Shown one piece after another: positions 42,184 through 55,150 of a stretch of 64,000 nucleotides of DNA. Position numbers and translations under genes: made by a program. Each line of letters begins with the position of its first letter. The first letter of the stretch is position 1. Below the pieces are notes generated by a model. That model saw only the letters and a program-made list of their open reading frames with translations. It had not been told where the DNA came from and did not search any database. Source of the stretch: Octopus vulgaris (Eukaryota); assembly GCA_951406725.2 (NCBI GenBank), contig OX597819.1, positions 11,594,001 through 11,658,000 on the forward strand, given 5' to 3'.

Positions 42184-42309
42184 TTAGGGAGTATATCCAA
42201 ACTTATATATTATATACTATATTAATTATATTTATTTTTTGTGTTTTATGTTTTGGATTATGTCTATCACTGTTTGAGTTGCCTAATAGTGGTTTTTATC
42301 TCTAATTTA

Positions 42310-42357
<48 letters not shown>

Positions 42358-43038
42358 ATATTTCGGAATGGTCATATTGCCAGTTTAGCCAATAAAAACA
42401 CACGCACTATATATTTGGTGTTATTTTGCTTCAGTGATATTTATTTTTTACATTAATCTTAATCTTATTTCGGCCAAAGTTCTTTCGTCACACTCCTGTG
42501 ACCGCATCAGTGGTCCTTTGTTTTCTTCTCACTTACTTGTGTCTCTCCTTACTAACCGTCAGCCATTTTGTATTTCTATTGTATGTCTTCATTTGCGCAT
42601 GCTTATATCTCTATGTGCGTCTATGTTTATTTAGTGTGTGTGTGGGGGGGATGCCTGTAATATTTGTATCTTCTGGTTATATACATTCTTGTAATTTGTA
42701 TTTTGTTTTTGTTGTTGTTGCTTTTGTTCTAATTTTATTCATGTGTTTACATCCACCCATTATTATCATTACATATGCTTGTATGTATGTATAACAACAA
42801 TATTAGTAATAATAATAATAAATCTAATCGAGAAAAAAAAAAAAAAAAAGAATATACATATACATATATATATATATACATACATATACATATACATATA
42901 TATATATATATATACATATATACACACATATATACACATATACATATACATATATATACACATATACATATATATAGATATTCATTTCTATTTCTTTAAT
43001 TACCTGTGTATTTATTATGTTTGCAGGATCCACTATTG

Positions 43039-43650
43039 TCATATGTTGTGGTGTGCGCTATTGCTCCATTCTAGTTTTCTATTCAGGCTAGGTTTATTTT
43101 CTATTATATGTGTAGCTTCTGTAATTTGTCTAATTGTTGCATCTGTTCTATGTGTGGACAATATCTTAATCTCTATGTTATTGATTGATCCCCCGTGTTC
43201 TTGTTCGGCGTGTTGGTACAGAATCGATGAGCTTTTACCTTCCTTGAGTTGTCTCCAATGTTCATTCACCCGCTCACCAATGCTTCTTGCAGTTTCCCCT
43301 ACGTATGTTACTGTCTTGTTACTGCATCGTCCCTCTATACATCTTATACTATAGACCACATTTCTGGCTTTACAGTTCGTTTGTGGGCTAAATCTACATA
43401 CAGTGCAATAGTTATCCGTACAGAGAGTTCTACTAAAAGGATAGGTTCTACCAATTATAGATCTGATAGGGTTGCCTGGCTTTTCAACAACCTTAATTCT
43501 TAGTTTAAGTTTATCTAGGGTCCTTCTAAAGCGGTACGCTAGTTCACCTCCAGGGGTGGTGTCAACGAACATGACACTCTGGTATTTATGGCTATCATAC
43601 CAAGAGTTGGCCTTCCTTATTTTCTTTTTGTCCTTTCTATAGTGTTCCAT
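43039..43650 (-). pseudogene. PLE ORF C-terminus with GIY-YIG endonuclease (5'-truncated)
   Basis: LCTDNYCTVC linker, NVVYSIRC...[24 protein letters not shown]....PSLN. Confidence 0.88.
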
Positions 43651-43738
43651 GACTTGTTCCTATAGAGTGGGCAAATCCCATTCCTATCATTACATGTAAT
43701 GATAGGAATGGATTTGCCCACTCTATAGGAACAAGTCA

Positions 43739-44350
43739 TGGAACACTATAGAAAGGACAAAAAAGAAAATAAGGAAGGCCAACTCTTGGTATGATAGCCA
43801 TAAATACCAGAGTGTCATGTTCGTTGACACCACCCCTGGAGGTGAACTAGCGTACCGCTTTAGAAGGACCCTAGATAAACTTAAACTAAGAATTAAGGTT
43901 GTTGAAAAGCCAGGCAACCCTATCAGATCTATAATTGGTAGAACCTATCCTTTTAGTAGAACTCTCTGTACGGATAACTATTGCACTGTATGTAGATTTA
44001 GCCCACAAACGAACTGTAAAGCCAGAAATGTGGTCTATAGTATAAGATGTATAGAGGGACGATGCAGTAACAAGACAGTAACATACGTAGGGGAAACTGC
44101 AAGAAGCATTGGTGAGCGGGTGAATGAACATTGGAGACAACTCAAGGAAGGTAAAAGCTCATCGATTCTGTACCAACACGCCGAACAAGAACACGGGGGA
44201 TCAATCAATAACATAGAGATTAAGATATTGTCCACACATAGAACAGATGCAACAATTAGACAAATTACAGAAGCTACACATATAATAGAAAATAAACCTA
44301 GCCTGAATAGAAAACTAGAATGGAGCAATAGCGCACACCACAACATATGA
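43739..44350 (+). pseudogene. Mirror copy of the PLE GIY-YIG ORF (1-nt homopolymer frameshift near the 5' end)
   Basis: Identical peptide from MFVDTTPGG; A6 versus A5 run at ~43759-43764. Confidence 0.88.
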
Positions 44351-44871
44351 CAATAGTGGATCCTGCAAACATAATAAATACACAGGTAATTAAAGAAATA
44401 GAAATGAATATCTATATATATGTATATGTGTATATATATGTATATGTATATGTGTATATATGTGTATATATGTATATATATATATATATATGTATATGTA
44501 TATGTATGTATATATATATATATGTATATGTATATCTTTTTTTTTTTTTTTTCTCGATTAGATTTATTATTATTATTACTAATATTGTTGTTATACATAC
44601 ATACAAGCATATGTAATGATAATAATGGGTGGATGTAAACACATGAATAAAATTAGAACAAAAGCAACAACAACAAAAACAAAATACAAATTACAAGAAT
44701 GTATATAACCAGAAGATACAAATATTACAGGCATCCCCCCCACACACACACTAAATAAACATAGACGCACATAGAGATATAAGCATGCGCAAATGAAGAC
44801 ATACAATAGAAATACAAAATGGCTGACGGTTAGTAAGGAGAGACACAAGTAAGTGAGAAGAAAACAAAGGA

Positions 44872-44911
44872 CCACTGATGCGGTCACAGGAGTGTGACGA
44901 AAGAACTTTGG
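44872..44911 (+). ncRNA. Minimal type I hammerhead-like motif (mirror copy at 42474-42513, minus)
   Basis: cca-CTGATGC-ggtcacaggagtgtgac-GAAA-gaac-TT-tgg; variant core position and non-palindromic loop. Confidence 0.55.
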
Positions 44912-45088
44912 CCGAAATAAGATTAAGATTAATGTAAAAAATAAATATCACTGAAGCAAAATAACACCAAATATATAGTGCGTGTGTTTTTATTGGCTAA
45001 ACTGGCAATATGACCATTCCGAAATATAACAATATCTGTTTCAACACACGACTTCACATAAAAAATCTTGCACAACAAATATTTAAAC

Positions 45089-45155
<67 letters not shown>

Positions 45156-45213
45156 TATATAAAATTAGAGATAAAAACACTATTAGGCAACTCAAACAGT
45201 GATAGACATAGAT

Positions 45214-45284
<71 letters not shown>

Positions 45285-45650
45285 GTATGTATATATGTGT
45301 ATGTAGTATAATATGTGTATGCATATATATTAATATATAGAGAGGTTATCGTACACATTGTATAACTTACATAACTAAATCGCTGCTATCATCAATGTCT
45401 TTAGACATGATATATGGTTAGTCACCTGCAAGTTGTTGAAACGGTTGTAAATCATGGAATAATCGTTATATCATAAACCCTATACTTTATTTATTTTATG
45501 CGATATATGTGTGTGTGTATGTGTGTTTATGTGTGTGTGTATGATATATGTATGCATATGTTTGGAATTTACAGAAAAACAAAAGACGAAGACAGGTGTA
45601 TAAACAGCGAACAGGTGTATTAGTTTGGCGCTAGGGAAGGTGAGCAAGTC

Positions 45651-45684
45651 TTTTACGTTTCGAGCCCACACTCTTCAACAGAAA
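45651..45684 (-). ncRNA. Degenerate minimal hammerhead motif
   Basis: ttt-CTGTTGA-agagtgtgggctc-GAAA-cg-TA-aaa; same module type as 13936. Confidence 0.5.
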
Positions 45685-45723
45685 TAAACATAGAGAGAAA
45701 ATAGACTTTTGGAATTAGCGGTC

Positions 45724-45809
<86 letters not shown>

Positions 45810-45829
45810 ATGTATATATATATATATAC

Positions 45830-45881
<52 letters not shown>

Positions 45882-45915
45882 TATATATATGTTTATATAT
45901 ATATACATATATATA

Positions 45916-45948
<33 letters not shown>

Positions 45949-45960
45949 ACATAGATATAA

Positions 45961-46362
45961 GTGCAGGAATGGCTGTGTGGTAAGAAGCTTGCTAACCAAC
46001 CACATGGTTCCGGGTTCAGTCCCACTGCGTGGCACCTTGGGCAAGTGTCTTCTACTATAGCCTCGGGCCGACCAAAGCCTTGTGAGTGGATCTGGTAGAC
46101 GGAAACTGAAAGAATCCCGCCGTATATATACATACATACATATATGTATGTATTAGTGTGTCTGTATTTGTCTCCACCCCACCATAGTTTGACGACCGAT
46201 GTCGGTGCGTTTACGTCCCCATAACTTAGCGGTTCGACAAAAGATACCGATAGAATAAGTACTAAGCTTACAAAAAAGTGCTGTGTTTGATTTGTTTGAC
46301 TAAATAAAGGCGGTGCTCCAGCATGGCCGCAGTCGAATGACTGAAACAAGTAAAAGAGTAAA
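45961..46362 (+). mobile_element. SINE family B
   Basis: Full head, body and tail. Confidence 0.9.
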
Positions 46363-46639
46363 AGAAATAAAATGAATGCATAATATACACACAGACGAAC
46401 ACAAAATACCAATCAGTCTCTATTTATTAAAAATGCAATTAATTAATTAATTAAAATGAAAGTGAAAATAGAAAATTTAAGTGACATTTTCTGTTATTCT
46501 GCCAAGTTTTATCTCCTGCACTCTAGACGCATTATCACCATTTCCTTATGAAGTCCTCTCAACACACTATCAACCAACATCTCTATTTATACAAGCAGAC
46601 CATTCCTTACATACAGATAGATATATGGATGTGTGTGTG

Positions 46640-47170
46640 TGAGCACGCATGGCTTAGTGGGTAGGGTGTTGCACTCACGGTTTAGCGAGCGGTAAGCTGG
46701 CAGAAACGTTAGCACGTCGGGCGAAATGCTTAGCGGTATTTCGTCTGCTGTTACGTTGTGAGTTCAAATTCCGCCGAGGTCGACTTTGCCTTTCATCCTT
46801 TCGGGGTCGATAAATTAAGTACCAGTTACGCACTGGGGTCGATGTAATCGACTTAATACCTATGTCTGTCCTTGTTTGTCCCCTCTGTGTTTAGCCTCTT
46901 GTGGGTAATAAAGAAATAGGTCCAGCGAGCGTGATTTCAATTCCTAGTCCGGGTGGTGCGTTGTGTTCTTGAGCAAAAAACACTTCATCTCACGTTGCTC
47001 TGCGATCGCTTCCACACCTGGCGTTTAATGCACCGCTCACCTGTTCAGGCAAAGTTGATTTGATGGCGAAAGTGAATTAATGTGTGAGACGGACATTTGA
47101 TCGCTGGAAACAATTCGATTTCTGATGGCAGTTTGGCAAAAGCTGAACGCTCGTTCGTCATCTTCGACGG
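46640..47170 (+). mobile_element. tRNA-headed SINE interrupted by a family C SINE (46688-46920)
   Basis: Host head tggcttagtggg.. resumes at ~46923; agcgagcg is repeated around the insert. Confidence 0.7.
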
Positions 47171-47186
47171 GAGAAGTCATATCTAT

Positions 47187-47562
47187 AGGCGCAGGAGTGG
47201 CTGTGTGGTAAGTAGCTTGCTAACCAACCACATGGTTCCGGGTTCAGTCCCACTGCGTGGCATCTTGGGCAAGTGTCTTCTGCTATAGCCCCGGGCCGAC
47301 CAATGCCTTGTCGTATATATGTATATATATATATATGTGTGTGTGTATATGTTTGTGTGTCTGCGTTTGTCCCCCTAGCATTGCTTGACAACCGATGCTG
47401 GTGTGTTTACGTCCCCGTCACTTAGCGGTTCGGCAAAAGAGACCGATAGAATAAGTACTGGGCTTACAAAGAATAAGTCCCGGGGTCGATTTGCTCGACT
47501 AAAAGCGGTGCTCCAGCATGGCCGCAGTCAAATGACTGAAACATGTAAAAGAGTAAAAGAGT
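47187..47562 (+). mobile_element. SINE family B
   Basis: Full head and tail, with an internal deletion. Confidence 0.9.
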
Positions 47563-47671
47563 ATAATTTCTGGTAAATGTGTTGAGTGCCTCTTTCATTC
47601 GCTTGTCCATTCACATATGTATATACATACACACACACACGCACACACAAATGTATGTGTGTGCGTGAGTG

Positions 47672-47715
<44 letters not shown>

Positions 47716-49387
47716 CATGAACGTAAGTATGTATATGTCTATGCATGCGCACATAGATTTAAATATAACTTAATTACTATTTATTTCTTTCACAAAATTA
47801 CGCAAAATCTATTTTCTAAAGAAAACATAACATTTATGGTCAAAGTTTAAAGTAGGCTGCAGGGGCGCATGAAGGACCCCTGCCGGTGTCTTTGACTGAA
47901 AGAGCAGCAGAAAAGATGCATCAATTACGGAAGATGGTCTTATAAAGTAGTGATCTGCTCAAAAGAGAAGCTATTATCTATTTATCATGCCGTGTAAATT
48001 GATTAACATAAAATAAAAACATGGCAGGTATAACATGATGGAATTAGACAAGTAGGAAATGATAAATTCTGTTTTAATATGAGATGCTATTTTAATTATG
48101 TTATATGGATGATATTTATAATTTTTGATTTTATTGAGAACTAAAGGAATGTTTTCTGTAAATGCTCTCATCTTAGGAGTAACGCTCGAAAGATAGTTTA
48201 TATGAGACATATCAACCTGGTTTCCATTACGTATACATGACTTATTGTATTGGCTCTTATCACTGTTTTTTAATAACTCCGGCGCTAACGAAATTTTAGG
48301 CAAACTGCCAAGACAAAGTTATTGTATATTTTGATTTATACAAGTGTGTATACATGCCTGACAGCTTTAAAACACGATTTGTCCAGAGCTGGATATTTTC
48401 TGGTTTAAAACTAATCTCGGTGCTTTTCTTTGTAAGCTTTCGATTTTTCTAGGATGACCTCCACAAAATATAGTTTACATAGCAACTAATAAAACACGGA
48501 TATTTGTTTAGTAGACTTATGTATAGAAAAATTATTTTCTGCGTGAGATAAGTTGTCAAAAGCACTGGTATTTTGCCCGATGGTTCAATATTTGATTCCA
48601 TTTAAGATTCTTATCAACGGTGATTCCGGTAAATTGTAAATTGTAAATAATTTATTCTGTTATTCAAGCTACGGAGGAATCCAGGGGAAATTCTGAGGAG
48701 CATTATAGAACATATACTTAGATTTCAGAAATGTTCAGTGAGAGGCGGTGCTCCAGCATGGCCGCAATCAAATGACTGAAACAACTAAAAGAGTAAAAGA
48801 AAGAAAGAGAGCCTATTTTCTGTTAGTGAACTTGATATGATGGGCTTATTGTTTGTTCTTTGTCTCTTTAGGTCTTAAGGCGTGCAAAAGGAAATCAATG
48901 ATGGGCCAACCGCATATCAAACTTAAATAATTTGAACCTGTGGAGGTGTCACTCGTCGAGATAATAAAGGGAGTGCGGATCTATTCCATTTCAATAACAG
49001 TTATTTTAATTAATGTTTTAAAAACTAAACAGTTTGAAACTTCGAATACTGGTAGAATTTCTCACGTAGAACACGATTTACTCTGAACGTTTTTGACAAA
49101 ATTTCGTATTTTAGAAGTTATTTCGTGTTAAACTTGTCGTATTTGGGTAATTTCAACCAATCAATGACGTGTATTCGGTTGAAGGAAGCTACTTCTGTTT
49201 ACGATAGTAATCGAAGAGGAACAACTTCTGGGTCATCTCAACTAAATGTCACCACTCTGTTCAAAGATCCACAGAGCAACGAATCCGCAGCTAGCTTTTT
49301 TGTTGTTGATGTATATGTAGTTTCAAAATGCCTTATTTTACAACTTTGAGAGATGTATTGTTATTGTCATGAGTTTATCCTACTATA

Positions 49388-49772
49388 GTGGAAGCACTCC
49401 GTCGGTTACGACGACGAGGGTTCCGGTTGATCCGATCAACGGAACAGCCTGCTCGTGAAATTAACGTGTAAGTGGCTGAGCACTCCACAGACACGTGTAC
49501 CCTTAACGTAGTTCTCGGGGATATTCAGCGTGACACAGAGAGTGACAAGGCTGGCCCTTTGAAATACAGGTACAACAGAAACAGGAAGTAAGAGTGAGAG
49601 AAAGTTGTGGTGAAAGAGCACAGCAGGGATCACCACCATCCCCTGCCGGAGCCTCGTGGAGCTTTAGGTGTTTTCGCTCAATAAACACTCACAACGCCCG
49701 GTCCGGGAATCGAAACCGCGATCCTACGACCGCGAGTCCGCTGCCCTAACCACTGGGCCATTGCGCCTCCAC
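49388..49772 (-). mobile_element. SINE family A with 11-bp TSD atcctactata
   Basis: TSD at 49377-49387 and 49773-49783. Confidence 0.95.
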
Positions 49773-50161
49773 ATCCTACTATAATCAACAACAAACACAT
49801 TTTGTCAATATAAAAGTCTTTATTAGATTAACGAAAACATTATCAAAACGTGAAGGTAAAACAAAACAAATAGTGGCTTCTACACCGGAAAATACAGTAA
49901 TTGTAGTGACGGTGACAAGTTCACTCGCTGTTTGCTAGTTGATAGTGGAGAAGGAATGCTCGGTGATGACTAGAAAGGAAGAAAAGATAAGGGTGACATC
50001 ATCTTCACTCGCCGTACGGATAGAACAGAGTGATGACATTTAGTAAAGATGACCCGGAAGTTGTTCCACTTTGATTACTATCGCACACAGCAGTAGCTTT
50101 CTTCAACCGAATACACATCGTTGATTGGTTGAAATTACCCAAATACGACTTTAACACAAAA

Positions 50162-50678
50162 TCTATATATATAAAACTGTAGTTGTGTGAGTGTCTGTCT
50201 CCTACGATTTAGATTCCTAACTCCTCCCACATTTTGCGGTGCAGTTTAACCAAATTCGGGTATCTTATAGTCGTGATTAATATGGAGCCCGTCTGGCTAT
50301 TAGCGCGCGTCTACGATGAGTCTACGATTTTAAAAATAATTTAACATCATTTTTTATTCCATTTTAATGCATAACTTTTTGTGTGTCGATGGCGGCGGAG
50401 TTGGCGTCCACGCTCAAACACCTGCACCTGTGGTTGCTTCTCCCCCTTCTTCCCTCCCTCGTGAAGCTGTGGGGAAGGGAGTTTAAGGAAATCAACGTCG
50501 TAATGCGTTGTCAAGGAGACCAGCGTTCTTTTAGAACAACGACTTCATGGCTTGAAGACACCAAAACAGAAATGGCTAAGAAAGCCCGAATTGGCATCTA
50601 TAAAGGAAGTAACTCTCTAAAAATGCTTATATAGTTATTTCCCTTACAAACCCGAGCAACGCCGGGCGATACTGCTAG
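50162..50678 (+). mobile_element. Non-autonomous Helitron
   Basis: TC...CTAG inserted at A|T with no TSD; the empty site can be read from the opposite TIR. Confidence 0.92.
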
Positions 50679-50980
50679 TAACTTCTAAAATAGGAAATTT
50701 TGTCAAAAATGTTCAGAGTAAACCGTGTTCTACGCGAGAAATTCTACCAGTATTCGAAGTTTCAAACTGTTTAGCTTTTAAAAAAATTAATTAAAATATC
50801 TGTGATTGAAATGGAATAGATGCGGGCGAGTGCTAGCATGGAACCTTGTGGAACACCAACAGAAAGCTGATGAAATGATAGGGTTTTTCATTTGTTTTGT
50901 TTTGTTTTTACTTGTTCGGTCTGGAAGGAAGAGACGATGGTCACGGCCTTGACAGGGCTTCCATACTTGCTTGCAGAGAT

Positions 50981-51445
50981 ACCTATTTCTTTACTACCCA
51001 CAAGGGGCTAAACACAGATGGGACAAACAAGGACAGACATAGGTATTAAGTCGATTACATCGACCCCAGTGCGTAACTGGTACTTAATTTATCGACTCCG
51101 AAAGGATGAAAGGCAAAGTCGGCCTCGGCGGAATTTGAACTCAGAATGTAACGGCAGACGAAATACCGCGAAGCATTTCGCCCGGTGTGCTAACGTTTCT
51201 GCCAGCTCGCCGCCTTGCAGAGGTATCGCTTGCAGAGATACCTATTTCTATACTGCCCACAAAGGGCTAAACATAGAGGGGACAGACAAGGACAGACAAA
51301 CGGATCAAGTCGATTACATCAAGTCGATTACATCGACTGGTACTTAATTTATCGACCCCGAAAGGATGAAAGGCAAAGTCGACCTCGGCGGAATTTGAAC
51401 TCAGAACGTAACAGCAGACGAAATACGGCCACGCATTTCGCCCGT
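50981..51445 (-). mobile_element. Two tandem SINE family C copies
   Basis: Each is preceded by gcttgcagagatacctatttct (50969, 51228). Confidence 0.88.
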
Positions 51446-51944
51446 AGCATTCTGCTTTTACGTTTGACAGTCGACTACAGCAGAAAAGAGAGATGTAGGG
51501 AGAAGGAAATTTCAGAAAGATACTGTTGTGGGAAGGAAGGACTGGAATTAGTAGAAAGTGTGTGTGGGAAGGACACAAAATGGGGGATGAGAGGAGGAGG
51601 AAGAGGAGGAGGAGAAGTCGGGGATTTGGTAAAGCTTGGATGGAAGTGGCACGAGACATGCCACCCTTGAGGAATAAAGAAAACTGTAGAGAGGAGACAG
51701 CGAGTTTCATAGATCCGAGGTTGCGGCCTTTCTTTGGGCGAGGAGCAGCAGCAGCAGCAACAGCAACAGTAGCAGCAGCAACAGTAGCAGTAGCAGCAAC
51801 AGCAGCAGCGACAGCAACCGTAACATTCGAGTGTTTGAGTATTTGGAGTACGTCAGCACCAACAACTGCAACGACAACACAAATACTCATATCACTTTTT
51901 ATACAACAGTCTTTTATAGTTCGTAAACGGCATCATCCCTCACA

Positions 51945-52329
51945 GGGAGGCGCAATGGCCCAGTGGTAAGGGCAGTGGACTCGCGGTTATAGGATCGCGG
52001 TTTCGATTCCCAGACCGGGCGTTGTGAGTGTTTATTGAGCGAAAACACCTAAAAGCTCCACGAGGCTCCGGCAGGGGATGGTGGTGATCCCCGCTGTACT
52101 CTTTCACCACAACTTTCTCTCACTCTTACTTCCTGTTTCTGTTGTACCTGTATTTCAAAGGGCCGGCCTTGTCACTCTCTGTGCCACGCTGAATATCCCC
52201 GAGAACTACGTTAAGGGTGCACGTGTCTGTGGAGTGCTCAGCCACTTAGACGTTAATTTCACGAGCAGGCTGTTCCGTTGATTCGGATCAACCGGAACCC
52301 TCATCGTCGTAACCGACGGAGTGCTTCCC
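51945..52329 (+). mobile_element. SINE family A with TSD catccctca
   Basis: Full length. Confidence 0.93.
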
Positions 52330-53497
52330 CATCCCTCATAACAGAATTAACATCGCCCATAGACACTCAGCAATAGTCTTAACCATCGTTTCTTATAGGG
52401 ACAAAAGCTTAGACAAGTTATGCAACCAAAACCACGAGATTAGGAGATTAATAGTATTGGTGTTACTGAACTCCTTAAGCAAACCTCTGATCAAAAGATT
52501 TTCCAGACGTGACCCGTCCATTTAAGATAACGTTATCGAATGCGTTCTTTTTAATAATGATAGGGGCAGGGCTGAAGAAGGTTTGGATTGTTCTGAACAA
52601 ACTGTGCGAACAAGTGCCCCCGTCTTGACGATGGTGGTGGTGGTTGTGGAATTTCTGCATATTGGAAATGTGTTTCCAGGTTAAAGTACATTGTTCTGTT
52701 ATGTCAAATATATTTGTTAAAGAGAAGCAAATAACACTGGCTCGTGGGGGGGGGGGGGCGTAGCGCTATGAAAGGTAGTGGTAGTGATAATACGGGGGAG
52801 AGGGGGCTACTGGCGCTTCAATTGGCTATGGTGGTGGTGGTGGTGGTGGCGTTGGGAAGACGACTTGTACATGGTAGTGGATATAGAGGGGAGGTGAGAA
52901 TAGTAGTGAATGGTGAGATTGGTGGTGGTGATGGTGGTGGTGGGGAGGGCGGGGGAGCTACCGTTTCGAAAGATATTGATGGTGGGAGTGAGAGTTTTGC
53001 TGCGAACGGTGGGATATTAGTGGTGGTGGTGGTGGTGGGAGGTGAAGGAAATGAGAGAGAGTTGTTGGTATTGGTGGGAGGACTTCTGTGAATGGCAGTG
53101 GTGTTGTTAGTGAGAAGGAAGTGTTGTTATGAATGACAGTTGCAATGGCGACGGATGTGGCGATGACGGTGGTGGTTGTGGCGGCGGTGGTGGTGGTGGT
53201 GGTTGTGGCGGCGGTGGTGGTGGTGGTGGTGGTTGTGGCGGCGGTGGTGGTGGTGGTAGTGGTGGCAGTGGCGACGGGGCGAAGTGAAACTATATCTGCT
53301 TGAGAATAACAACGTAGATGTGTTTCTGTGCATTTGTAGTATATGCCAGTGTGTGTGTGTGTATGTGTGTGTGTGTGTATGTGTGTGTATGTGTGTGTGT
53401 GTGTGAGTTTGTGTGAGGTAAAACGTGTGTGTTTATAGCTACACATATCTGTTCATTGTGTATGTATATATTACACACACACATATGAATAATATGC

Positions 53498-53545
<48 letters not shown>

Positions 53546-53547
53546 AT

Positions 53548-53846
53548 TATTCGTTTTAGTCATTTGACAGCGGCTATGCTGGAGCACCGCCTTTAGTCGA
53601 ACAAAATCGACCCCAGAACTTATTCTTTCTAAGCCTAGTACTTACTCTATCGGTCGTTAACACACCAGCATCGGTTGTCAAGCGATGTTGGCGGGGGACA
53701 AACACACACACGCACACACACACGCATATATATATATATATACATATATACGACGGGCTTCTTTCAGTTTCCGTCTACCAAATCCACTCACAAGGCTTTG
53801 GTCAGCCCGAGACTATAGTAGAGGGCACTTGCCCAAGGAGCCGCGC
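53548..53846 (-). mobile_element. SINE family B, 5'-truncated
   Basis: Body and tail motifs. Confidence 0.85.
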
Positions 53847-53908
53847 CAAATCTGCCGCTCTGTTGATATTTAGAGACATATAGAGAAAGTATAAACATAT
53901 ATCATTAA

Positions 53909-54281
53909 AGTGGAGATGCAATGGCCCAGCGGTTAGGGCAGTGGACTCGCGGTAATAGGATTGTAGTTTCGATTCCAAGACTGGACGTTGTGAGTGTTTA
54001 TTGAGCAAAAACACCTAAAGCTCTCCACGTGGCTTTGACAGAGGGTGGTGACGATCCCTGCTGTACTCTTTCTCTCACTCTTTCTTCCTGTTCCTGCTGT
54101 ACCTGCATTTTGAAGAGCCAGTCTTCTCACTCTCTGTGTCACGCTGAATCTCCCCAAGAACAATGTTAAGGGTTCACGTGTCTGTGGAGTGCTCAGCCAC
54201 TTGCACGTTAATTTCACGAGCAGGCTGTTCCGTTGATCGGATCAACTGGAACCCTCGTCGTCGTAACCGACGAAGTGCCAC
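53909..54281 (+). mobile_element. SINE family A, diverged
   Basis: Head gtggagatgcaatggcccagcggttag; flanks share atatatcatta. Confidence 0.88.
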
Positions 54282-54319
54282 GATATATCATTATAAACAA
54301 TATATTGACATTATAAATA

Positions 54320-54512
54320 TTGGTTTTAAATTTTGACACAAGGCCAGCAATTTCAGGGTCGGGGATAAGTTCAAATGGTACTTACTTTATCGACCCTGGG
54401 AGGATGAAAGGCGAAGTCGACTGCGGTAGAATTTGAACTCCGAATGTAAAGATGGACGAAATGCCGCTAAGCATTTTGTCCGGCGTGCTAACGATTCTGC
54501 CAGCTCGCCACC
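54320..54512 (-). mobile_element. SINE family C
   Basis: Family motifs. Confidence 0.8.
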
Positions 54513-54729
54513 CTATAATTAATACATATTGAGAAAATATAAATATAAACTGACATTCTAAATGTAACTTAACAAAATAAAAACATGCATCGGGAGTATG
54601 AATATATATTAACCTTATAAATTTATATTGACTTATTCTGGATTAATTCGTTCGGCTTATTTCAAAGGAATCTCAGCAATTTGTTCAATTTTTTGCCAAA
54701 TTTCGGCAGCATTTCTATTCTTTTTGTTA

Positions 54730-55150
54730 CTCTTTTACTCTTTTACTCTTTTACTTGTTTCAGTCATTTGACTGCGGCCATGCTGGAGCACCTCCTTTTT
54801 TTAGTCGAGCAAATCGACCCTGGGACTTATTTTTTGTAAGCCCAGTACTTATTCTATCGGTATCTTTTGCCGAACCGCTAAGTGACGGGGACGTAAACAC
54901 ACCAGCATCGGTTGTCAAGCAATGCTAGGGGGACAAACACAGACACACAAACACATACACACACACATATATATATATACATATATACGACAGGCTTCTT
55001 TCAGTTTCCGTCTACCAAATCCACTCACAAGGCATTGGTCGGCTCGGAGCTATAGCAGAAGACACTTGCCCAAGATGCCACGCAGTGGGACTGAACCCGG
55101 AACTATGTAGTTGGTTAGCAAGCTACTTACCACACAGCCACTCCTGCGCC
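54730..55150 (-). mobile_element. SINE family B, full length
   Basis: Head, body and tandem tail. Confidence 0.92.

Larger units (their letters stand above)
42260..45210. repeat. Spacer-less giant palindrome carrying two divergent PLE 3' fragments
   Basis: Centre tac(a|t)gta at 43694/43695; arms near-identical from 42350 to 45035, with further outer homology 42260-42308 versus 45161-45210. Confidence 0.93.
48979..50821. mobile_element. Non-autonomous DNA transposon with ~215-bp TIRs and nested SINE and Helitron
   Basis: Left TIR 48979-49193; right TIR is 50092-50161 plus 50679-50821 after removing the Helitron. Confidence 0.82.

Noticed and set aside
44345-44415. SECIS element after the PLE ORF
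   Set aside because: ATGA and an AAA are present, but I cannot form the required helix and GA quartet, and the fragment has no in-frame TGA.
47974-48480. 109-aa minus-strand ORF as a host exon
   Set aside because: No recognisable domain; the adjacent KIESLQRKAPRLVL resembles decayed LINE sequence; too weak to call either way.
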